A DNA stretch of 64,000 nt from Patescibacteria group bacterium. Lineage in GTDB: Bacteria > Patescibacteriota > Minisyncoccia > Phycocordibacterales > SIBU01. Location of the stretch: assembly GCA_040390045.1 (NCBI GenBank), contig JAZJZC010000004.1:67157-131156 (forward strand), written 5' to 3'. Each line of letters opens with the position of its first letter. The first letter of the stretch is position 1. A program made the translations under genes and the position numbers. Positions 57,290 through 64,000 of this stretch are shown one piece after another. The notes under the pieces are model-generated. The model ran no database searches, was not told the DNA's origin, and saw nothing but the letters and a program-made list of their open reading frames with translations.

Positions 57290-58156
57290 ATGAAAACAAT
57301 TGCCTCACAAATTAAAAATTTCATTCTGCACCTTCGTCTACACTATCAAATTTTTATTCTCAGCGGACCATATTTGCTTGGAGTCCTGCTATCGAACCAG
57401 CTGTCTTATCTGCAACTTGTGCAGTTTTTTTCAGTTCACATTTTACTTTTTGGTGGTGTAACAGCATACAACTCCTACTTCGATAAGGATGAGGGCCCGA
57501 TCGGTGGTCTTAAGAATCCGCCTAAAATGCAAAAATGGATGCTCGTTGCTTCTTGGATATTCCAAATCTTCGGTCTACTAATCGCGTTCTATAGCGGATT
57601 TTATTTTAAAATTATTTATATTATTTGCGCCCTGAGCTTTTGGATGTACAGCTCGCCGAGAGTAAGACTTAAAGGCCAACCAATTGCGAGCTTGGTTGCC
57701 ATTGGGGTTAGTGCTGCGGTTTGCGCCACGCTGCTCGGCTACTACGCAAACGGAAACACAGAGGCACCTTCACTTATTGTTTGGATAGCCGCACTTGGTT
57801 CAATTTTTCTTATCACAAGTATGTATCCAGTATCGCAGGTGTATCAAGTTGAGGAAGATAGATTGCGCGGAGATGTTACATTTGCAGTACGATATGGAAA
57901 ATCTGGCGTAAAAAATTTATTTTTTTCTTTATTTCCAATTGGAACTTTACTTGTAGCTTTTGCGTTAGCGTCAATAAACATTTTGTACTCCACACTTTTC
58001 ATTATTGGTGGCATTGTTGCAGGAATTATGGTGTCTCTTGTCATTAAGAAAATGACTATGACACCGAGTGACTACACGATGGTCATGAGAGTTAAATATG
58101 TTGGCGGACTATTATTTTCTCTTTGCATGTTACTTCTTATTTTTTTGAATTTCTAG
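57290..58156 (+). CDS. UbiA-family prenyltransferase
   Basis: AYNSYFDKDEG, YSSPRVRLK, QVEEDRLRGD.T motifs; multi-TM. Confidence 0.82.
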   Translation: MKTIASQIKNFILHLRLHYQIFILSGPYLLGVLLSNQLSYLQLVQFFSVHILLFGGVTAYNSYFDKDEGPIGGLKNPPKMQKWMLVASWIFQIFGLLIAFYSGFYFKIIYIICALSFWMYSSPRVRLKGQPIASLVAIGVSAAVCATLLGYYANGNTEAPSLIVWIAALGSIFLITSMYPVSQVYQVEEDRLRGDVTFAVRYGKSGVKNLFFSLFPIGTLLVAFALASINILYSTLFIIGGIVAGIMVSLVIKKMTMTPSDYTMVMRVKYVGGLLFSLCMLLLIFLNF

Positions 58157-58188
58157 ATACTATTTTCTAAATACTATATACTATTCTG

Positions 58189-58797
58189 ATGCTCCCTTAT
58201 CTCTCCTTTCCTCATTGGCTCGTCGTCATCAGTGTGCTCATAAGTTTATTCAGAGCGAGCATCTACGTTAGAGATACGTTGACCGGAAAGACAAAACCAA
58301 ATCGCATCTCTCATGCCATGTGGGCCTTAGCGCCAGCCGTCGGAGTTATTTCTGCACTTTCTGCACATGCTGACATCTGGACAACAAGTAGAATTTTCAT
58401 GGCTGGCTTTGGTCCGTTTGTAATTTTACTTGCATCATTTTTTAACAGACAAAGCTACTGGAAATTAACGCCGTTTGATTTTCTGTGTGGGCTTTTTTCT
58501 GCGTTTGGATTAGTCGCCTTACTGTTCGCAAAATCTCCGGAACTTGCGATTTTATTCGCTGTGATAGGGGATTGTTTTGCCGCGATCCCAACAATTATAA
58601 AATCCTGGAAATATCCAGGAACTGAAACAGGGCTAAGTTACATTGCCGGCTTGATAGCCGCACTTCTAATTGTGCCTTCAATTCCAAAATGGGACATCAC
58701 AAATTCAGCATTCCAAATCTATCTCATTGTTGTTGAAATAATTTTTATTTCGGCCATTTATCGAAAACAAATTTCTCGCTGGTTTTCCACTAACTAA
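58189..58797 (+). CDS. Multi-TM membrane protein (PQ-loop-like)
   Basis: YVRDTLTGKTKPN and PTIIKSW..P.TE repeated half-structure. Confidence 0.65.
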   Translation: MLPYLSFPHWLVVISVLISLFRASIYVRDTLTGKTKPNRISHAMWALAPAVGVISALSAHADIWTTSRIFMAGFGPFVILLASFFNRQSYWKLTPFDFLCGLFSAFGLVALLFAKSPELAILFAVIGDCFAAIPTIIKSWKYPGTETGLSYIAGLIAALLIVPSIPKWDITNSAFQIYLIVVEIIFISAIYRKQISRWFSTN

Positions 58798-58801
58798 TCC
58801 T

Positions 58802-59182
58802 ATGTTTAAAAAACTTTTTCTTATTCTCCTCAGTTCATTTATTTTAAACGTCATCTGGGAAAATCTGCACGTAGTTTTGTATACAGACTTCGGCGGTCAA
58901 GCAATCACGGAATTCGTTCTTGTTCGCGCCTCAGCACGGGATGCAATAATTTTAACAATTCTTTCTCTACCATTTTTCTACTTCGTTTTTTTAAAAAAAC
59001 ACAAGTGGCTCATCATTCCAATCTGCGCGCTTGTAAGCATCGGACTTGAACTCCACGCAATCAAAACAGGCCGCTGGGGCTACAGCGAACTCATGCCACT
59101 CATTCCATTTGTTGGTGTTGGAATTTCTCCGGTCTTACAACTGGGACTGATTGGTTTCCTAGTTTTTTCCTTTGTTATTTAA
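58802..59182 (+). CDS. Membrane protein
   Basis: WENLH..LY, GRWGYSELMP..G.SP.LQ; 3-4 TM. Confidence 0.65.
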   Translation: MFKKLFLILLSSFILNVIWENLHVVLYTDFGGQAITEFVLVRASARDAIILTILSLPFFYFVFLKKHKWLIIPICALVSIGLELHAIKTGRWGYSELMPLIPFVGVGISPVLQLGLIGFLVFSFVI

Positions 59183-59227
59183 ATAAAAAGACCGTCCGAA
59201 TTGGAAGGTCTTGGGTTTGATGTCGTA

Positions 59228-59404
59228 TCAGCGACGAGAAACGTGAGCGTAGTTGCCCGGTGCGACCCTGATCGTAGGGGGCTTCGAATGCTTTTGCTGA
59301 GTGGGTTTTTCGTGGACGTAAGTTCCAGCACCTCCTGCGAAGCGAGGGCTCGCGGTACGCAGAATGCGGTGCGTGGTGGCGTCAACGTGGTAACGATGTC
59401 TCAT
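59228..59404 (-). CDS. Small basic protein (58 aa) or sRNA cassette
   Basis: MRHRYHVDATTHRILR...HVSRR; upstream TTGACT-17-TATATT; downstream hairpin AAGACC..GGTCTT plus a T run. Confidence 0.45.
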   Translation of the reverse strand: MRHRYHVDATTHRILRTASPRFAGGAGTYVHEKPTQQKHSKPPTIRVAPGNYAHVSRR

Positions 59405-59485
59405 GATGCAATTTGACTGACTTTGTGCGAACTGGGCTCGAGAAAATATATGAGATTTTAAACCTTAAGTCAAGTAAAAAGGTGC

Positions 59486-59526
59486 ATAACTAAAGCCCCG
59501 CGCCAAAGGCGCGGGGCTTTAGTTAT
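59486..59526. terminator. REP-like palindrome / yqeY terminator
   Basis: ATAACTAAAGCCCCGCGCC-aaa-GGCGCGGGGCTTTAGTTAT. Confidence 0.75.
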
Positions 59527-59543
59527 CACAAGCGGTCGAGTAT

Positions 59544-59999
59544 TTATTGAAACAGAGATTCAGCCACCACCTTCACATCTCCACCGTCAGCTTTTCCTTT
59601 GAGTTCTTTCATTAAAGTACCCACAAATTGTCCGAGTTTAGCTTTGTCAGTAATTCCCATTTCAGCTTTTTTGGCAACCGCAATTTTTTTAATTTCTTCA
59701 CGGCTCATGGTCTGAGGCAAATACTTTTCAAGAATGGCCAATTCAGCTTTTTCTGATTCCGCTAAATCCGCGCGGCCGCCGTTGGTAAACTGCTCAATTG
59801 AATCTTTTCGTTGCTTAACCGCGCGCTTGATCACAGCGAGTGCATCTTCATCTGAAAGTTCGTCAGTTGGCTTTTTTCCTTTGGCGACAGACTCGTTTAA
59901 AAATGCGGCAACTAATCCGCGAACCACGAGCAATCGAACCTGATCCTTGGCCATCATGGCTTCCTTAATTTCTGATTTGATATTTAATTGGAGGGGCAT
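59544..59999 (-). CDS. GatB/YqeY domain protein
   Basis: IKEAMMAKD..KQRKDSIEQF..GRADLAESE..E..ILEKYLP..GKADG. Confidence 0.93.
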   Translation of the reverse strand: MPLQLNIKSEIKEAMMAKDQVRLLVVRGLVAAFLNESVAKGKKPTDELSDEDALAVIKRAVKQRKDSIEQFTNGGRADLAESEKAELAILEKYLPQTMSREEIKKIAVAKKAEMGITDKAKLGQFVGTLMKELKGKADGGDVKVVAESLFQ

Positions 60000-60087
60000 A
60001 AAATGCAAAGTTAAAAAGTAAAAACTAAAATTACCTGACAATTGTATCAAATTCGGCATCATTTAGGAATATGGTATACTTTTTGTC

Positions 60088-61146
60088 ATGTCTGAAGGAA
60101 TTCTAATAGTGATTCTTGCGCTACTTTTAATTGGAAATGGAGTTTTGGTGTGGTTGCTTTTAAAAAGTAAGAAACAGCCTGAAAAACCAGAAAACGACAC
60201 CGGACTTAAACTTATTCTCCAGCAAGTCAACGAATTGTCTCGAACAGTGGATGCCAAGATAGGGGAGTCAGCTAGACAAATGAATGATTCGGTGCGAAAT
60301 CAATTTGGCGAATCAGCGAAACTGATCCGTGAAGTGACTCAAGGTCTCACCAAACTCGACGAAACCAATCGCCAAGTGGTTTCTTTTGCTGATCAACTCC
60401 AAAACCTGCAAGATATTTTGAAAAACCCAAAACAACGTGGCATTTTAGGCGAATACTATCTTGAAACTCTTTTAAAAAATGTTTTGCCGCCAGGACACTA
60501 TCAGATGCAATATGCTTTTGCTAACGGAGAAATTGTTGACGCCGCCGTGTTTGTGAAAGAAAAAATTATTCCAATTGATTCCAAATTCAGTCTCGAAAAC
60601 TATAATCGGTTAACTGAAGCCAAAGATCCCAGCGAAAAAGATCGTTTGGAAAAAGTGTTCATGAACGACTTAAAAATGCGCATTCAGGAAACTTCAAAAT
60701 ATATCCGGCCTAGTGAGGGCACGATGGATTTCGCCTTTATGTTTATTCCCCATGAAGCGATCTACTATGATTTGCTGGTCAACAAGGTTGGTGCCGTGAG
60801 TGATGACACTGAAAATCTGATTCAACGCGCCGCCAGTAAATACAAAGTGATTATTGTTTCGCCAACATCTTTCTTGGCCTACTTGCAAACAGTGTTACAA
60901 GGTCTCAAAGCCATGCAAATTGAAGACACTGCAAAAGACATCGTGAAGCGCGTCGACGAGCTCGGCAAGCATTTAAAAAATTACGAGGAATACCACAACA
61001 AACTCGGTAATTCGATCGGAACCGTGGTCAATCATTTCAACAACGCCAGCAAAGAATTTAAAAAGGTTGATAAAGATGTCATGCGAATCAGCGGTAGCGC
61101 CGTAGGAATTGAAATTGAACTTTTGGAAAAAATTGAGGAAGAATAA
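60088..61146 (+). CDS. rmuC: DNA recombination protein RmuC
   Basis: NPKQRGILGE, IDSKF, KYI.P..T.DFAFMFIP.E, SPTSF. Confidence 0.93.
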   Translation: MSEGILIVILALLLIGNGVLVWLLLKSKKQPEKPENDTGLKLILQQVNELSRTVDAKIGESARQMNDSVRNQFGESAKLIREVTQGLTKLDETNRQVVSFADQLQNLQDILKNPKQRGILGEYYLETLLKNVLPPGHYQMQYAFANGEIVDAAVFVKEKIIPIDSKFSLENYNRLTEAKDPSEKDRLEKVFMNDLKMRIQETSKYIRPSEGTMDFAFMFIPHEAIYYDLLVNKVGAVSDDTENLIQRAASKYKVIIVSPTSFLAYLQTVLQGLKAMQIEDTAKDIVKRVDELGKHLKNYEEYHNKLGNSIGTVVNHFNNASKEFKKVDKDVMRISGSAVGIEIELLEKIEEE

Positions 61147-61168
61147 AAAAACACCTGAGCTGTATTAC

Positions 61169-61477
61169 CTAGGTGTTGTTCGGCAGACCCCAATAATCAT
61201 CCGCGTGTGATTGTCTGACAAAAGGCCACTTACTCTTTGGAAGTGACCGAGCAACGGATTTCCTACTTGGAAGCGGGATAGCAGCCTTTCGCATCCTGCG
61301 TCGCAAGTCAGCAAGATTAAGACCCCTCAATTTTGTCGCTCGAGCCTCTGCTTCAGCGTTCAAATTTTTCAATTCAGTGATCTCGACTTTTGATAAGGTT
61401 TCTCCGTTGGACTGTCGTACAATAAGATCCACTCGTCGCTCATTTCGCTTCTTCCAACTTCTAAGAGTTTTTCTCAT
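61169..61477 (-). CDS. Hypothetical basic protein
   Basis: GAAAGGA before ATG; Arg/Lys-rich. Confidence 0.5.
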   Translation of the reverse strand: MRKTLRSWKKRNERRVDLIVRQSNGETLSKVEITELKNLNAEAEARATKLRGLNLADLRRRMRKAAIPLPSRKSVARSLPKSKWPFVRQSHADDYWGLPNNT

Positions 61478-61560
61478 ACATTTTCCTTTCTTCTAAACTA
61501 GATAGTACCTTACAATTCCTAAAATAAAATTGCAAATTAAAAAATAAAAAACCCGCGCGG

Positions 61561-62055
61561 TCAGGCGAGGGTGGGGCGAAGAAGTGAGGAAACGGGTGGT
61601 TGCCTAATCGGCGCTCGGAGCGTCTCTGACGCGGCGTCGATTTCGGCGACTACAGCGCCGACCAAACTCAGTGCCAAGCCTTTCATGTCATTAGAATTTG
61701 GGTCGGAGGGATCAATGGCCTGAGTAATACCGAGGATACGTAGAGCCTCAGCAACTTTTTTGGGGTCGGCAAGCACGGCGTCGAGTTCGGGATCCATAAG
61801 CGTATCGACGCCCAGTTCAAGCGGAATTACCACCATGGCCAAAAAAAGGGCGTTCATGTTCGGAGGGTGAGAATTGACACTCCGAGAGGTCGGAAGATCT
61901 ATCATTTTCCCTAGTCCACAGGAACGATCCAAGTCACTGAACGATATGTCACGCATCTTCATTACATCGACAATTCTGTCAGCCAACACGCGCCGACAGC
62001 GGGGAAGACCCTCAAAAAGGAGAGTACTACAAGGGGCATTAGGTCGGTTAAACAT
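61561..62055 (-). CDS. Hypothetical protein, possible degenerate XRE-type HTH
   Basis: LADRIVDVMKMRDISFSDLDRSCGL..MNALFLAMVVIPLELGVDTL. Confidence 0.5.
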   Translation of the reverse strand: MFNRPNAPCSTLLFEGLPRCRRVLADRIVDVMKMRDISFSDLDRSCGLGKMIDLPTSRSVNSHPPNMNALFLAMVVIPLELGVDTLMDPELDAVLADPKKVAEALRILGITQAIDPSDPNSNDMKGLALSLVGAVVAEIDAASETLRAPIRQPPVSSLLRPTLA

Positions 62056-62159
62056 AAAACGAGCTTTCAAATCTGTCTATAATCCTATAGTTTTTAAGAT
62101 AAAGTGCAATACCAGCCAAGGCTTGCTTTTTTAACAAAATTCTGTAATATATGCCTATT

Positions 62160-62477
62160 ATGGAATTTGCAGTAATACAAACAGGTGGCAAGCAATACAG
62201 GGTCTCCGTTGGAGATGTTGTAAAAATTGAGAAAATTATCGGCGACCACAAAGTGGGGGACGAGGTTGTTTTTGACAAGGTTTTACTTGTTGAAAATGGC
62301 AACGACACCACGATTGGTACCCCGTACATTTCCGGCGCTTCTGTTACTGCCACCCTCGCTGAAATCGGCCGAGATGCCAAAATCAACGTCATTAAATACA
62401 AACAAAAGAGTCGCTATTTCAAGAAAAATGGTCACCGCCAGCCTCATTTTAAAGTGAAGATTGAGTCGTTGAAATAA
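62160..62477 (+). CDS. rplU: 50S ribosomal protein L21
   Basis: FAVIQTGGKQYRV..GTPYI..GHRQ. Confidence 0.97.
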   Translation: MEFAVIQTGGKQYRVSVGDVVKIEKIIGDHKVGDEVVFDKVLLVENGNDTTIGTPYISGASVTATLAEIGRDAKINVIKYKQKSRYFKKNGHRQPHFKVKIESLK

Positions 62478-62750
62478 AGTTTGTCCTCGTCCTATCCCCG
62501 CCACAGCTAAGGGAACACTTATCCCTCGGAAGACCTCGGCGGGGTGTTAGGCGAGGAACCGGGGCAAACTTTGTTGTAGCAGAGTCAGCTCCGCTGACTC
62601 ATGTAGTCGTTGCGGATTCATCCTCGCCCCACCCGCCCGAACGTACCAGAGTACTCTCGGTACGGGCGGGGAGCGGGCGAGGTATTCTCCGCAGTTACAA
62701 TAAAACAAAAGAAAATCCCCCGATTCGCTCCGCGAATCGGGGGATTTTCA
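62478..62750. repeat. Cluster of nested palindromes between rplU and recR
   Basis: At least four hairpins, including the element at 62630-62671 shared with 53276-53319. Confidence 0.65.
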
Positions 62751-62755
62751 GTATT

Positions 62756-63373
62756 TTATGAGCGATTTTTCAACGCATTTTTAATCGTATCCGAATCAGA
62801 ATACTCAAGCTCAGTACCAGTTGAGAGACCGCGTCCTAAGATTGAAATTTTTAAACCAAATTGGGTTACGAAAGGCGAAAGAAACTTGATCAAAAAATCG
62901 GCCGTATTTTCTCCTTCAGGATTAACACTGGTGGCAACAATAATTTCCTCAAGACCATTTTTGGCACGTTCTTCCACTTTTGCAACTAATTCCTTCAATC
63001 GGATTTTTCTTTCCGGATCTTTCTCCAGAATTGGGACGGTACCACCTAAAATAAAATAATATCCGTTGTATGAGTGACTCTTTTCGATAGTTTCAAAATC
63101 AACATCTCGAGCCACCAACATGAGCGAGCTAGTATCGCGGTTGGAATCTCGGCAAATCGAGCAAAGCGAAGTTTTAGATTTATCGATAGGGAAAAAACGG
63201 AAACAACTTGGGCAATTTCTAATTTCTTTTTTCAATTCTAAAATCAGCTGAGCAACATTTTCCAAATGCCCATTGTTTCGTGACAATAAATAATAGACAA
63301 AACGCTTGGCTTGCCTCGGGCCGATACCAGGAAACTCTCGAAATATTTCTGTGAGCTTGTGTATTGAGTCCAT
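62756..63373 (-). CDS. recR: Recombination mediator RecR
   Basis: PGIGPRQAKR, C4 zinc finger, EGENTA, G.ELEYSD..T. Confidence 0.96.
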   Translation of the reverse strand: MDSIHKLTEIFREFPGIGPRQAKRFVYYLLSRNNGHLENVAQLILELKKEIRNCPSCFRFFPIDKSKTSLCSICRDSNRDTSSLMLVARDVDFETIEKSHSYNGYYFILGGTVPILEKDPERKIRLKELVAKVEERAKNGLEEIIVATSVNPEGENTADFLIKFLSPFVTQFGLKISILGRGLSTGTELEYSDSDTIKNALKNRS

Positions 63374-63375
63374 AA

Positions 63376-63482
63376 TATACGAAAATTTAATACGAAAATA
63401 CTAAATAATACGAAAGCTGTTGCAATATCACTGAAGTTTTTGTAAATTTTCGTATTTTCGTATCCATTTCGTATGTTCGTAT
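63376..63482. repeat. TACGAAA/TTTCGTA inverted repeat array
   Basis: atacgaaaatttaatacgaaaatactaaataatacgaaa ... ttttcgtattttcgtatccatttcgtatgttcgtat. Confidence 0.8.
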
Positions 63483-64000
63483 CAGAAATCAGCTTCTGAT
63501 TTATTAAAATCACCAAATTCGCCTTTTTCCATCGAAACAAACGTGGCTTTCTTATCATCAAAATAGAGATCAACCTTTCCGGTCGGACCGTTTCGATGCT
63601 TCTCGATCATAATTTCTGCAATATTCGGCCTGTCAGAATTTTCGTTATATTTATCTTCTCGATGAATAAACATTACCACATCAGCATCCTGTTCGATCGA
63701 ACCGGAATCTCGCAAGTCAGAAAGACGAGGTTTGCCTCCGCGACTCTCGACGGCACGCGAGAGCTGTGAAAGGGCAAGCACCGGCACGTCAAGCTCTCGG
63801 GCCAAATGTTTGAGCGAGCGGGAAATCTCAGTGACTTGCTGTACCAAGTTGTCATTATGACGCGCATTCGTCGGTACCATGAGTTGCAAGTAATCAACAA
63901 TAATAAGCCCGAGGCCTTTTTCACTTTTGAGTCTACGAGCAATCGAGCGCATCTTCAAAATATTATTTCCCGGTTGATCATCAATGTAAATTGGGGCTTT
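63482..64000 (-). CDS. dnaB: Replicative DNA helicase, 5' partial
   Basis: [37 protein letters not shown]. Confidence 0.97.
   Translation of the reverse strand, partial: KAPIYIDDQPGNNILKMRSIARRLKSEKGLGLIIVDYLQLMVPTNARHNDNLVQQVTEISRSLKHLARELDVPVLALSQLSRAVESRGGKPRLSDLRDSGSIEQDADVVMFIHREDKYNENSDRPNIAEIMIEKHRNGPTGKVDLYFDDKKATFVSMEKGEFGDFNKSEADF

Noticed and set aside
62478-62750. RNase P, SRP or tmRNA gene
   Set aside because: No GAGGAAAGTCC, SRP domain IV or tRNA-like tmRNA ends were recognised on either strand
1-64000. Alternative genetic code (TGA=Gly, as in Gracilibacteria)
   Set aside because: Core genes are full length under code 11 and several genes end at TGA (e.g. dapB, dnaG)
1-64000. 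Prophage, integron or chimeric assembly as the source of the foreign-looking genes
   Set aside because: No integrase, attC-like array or phage structural gene; the atypical genes alternate singly with core genes at clean intergenic boundaries. Read mapping is still needed to exclude misassembly formally

Overview
This is a chromosomal segment of a small-genome bacterium, most likely Patescibacteria/CPR (Parcubacteria-like). This is inferred from the compact gene set, CPR-type Cys-rich surface proteins, short RpoB and SMC, and many apparently leaderless genes. TGA is used as a stop (code 11). The backbone is housekeeping: dnaE, rnhB, rpmF-nusB-rnc-smc, rnr, rpsP-khpA-trmD, metK with a SAM-I-like riboswitch, rpoBC, dnaG-rpoD, hisS, rmuC, rplU, recR, dnaB, tRNA-Ala(GGC) and tRNA-Glu(CTC). 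Interspersed one at a time is a second class of visibly GC-richer, divergent genes, most with their own TTGAC-type promoter, a long leader (often TTTGAAA, boxA-like) and a terminator. These include purB, purD, purC, dapB, a TIM-barrel isomerase, a NUDIX-like protein, a cold-shock-domain protein and several orphans. From recall, PurD and DapB look like Verrucomicrobia enzymes, so they may be host-derived cassettes. The non-coding DNA is rich in small elements: heptamer direct/inverted repeat arrays (two in-frame inside dnaE and trmD), REP-like palindromes, MITE-like inserts, a 28-bp 11-6-11 site in three copies, degenerate tRNA duplicates and a tRNA-3'-end-derived element. No CRISPR array, rRNA or transposase was seen. 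All family assignments come from motif recognition by eye; no database search was run.
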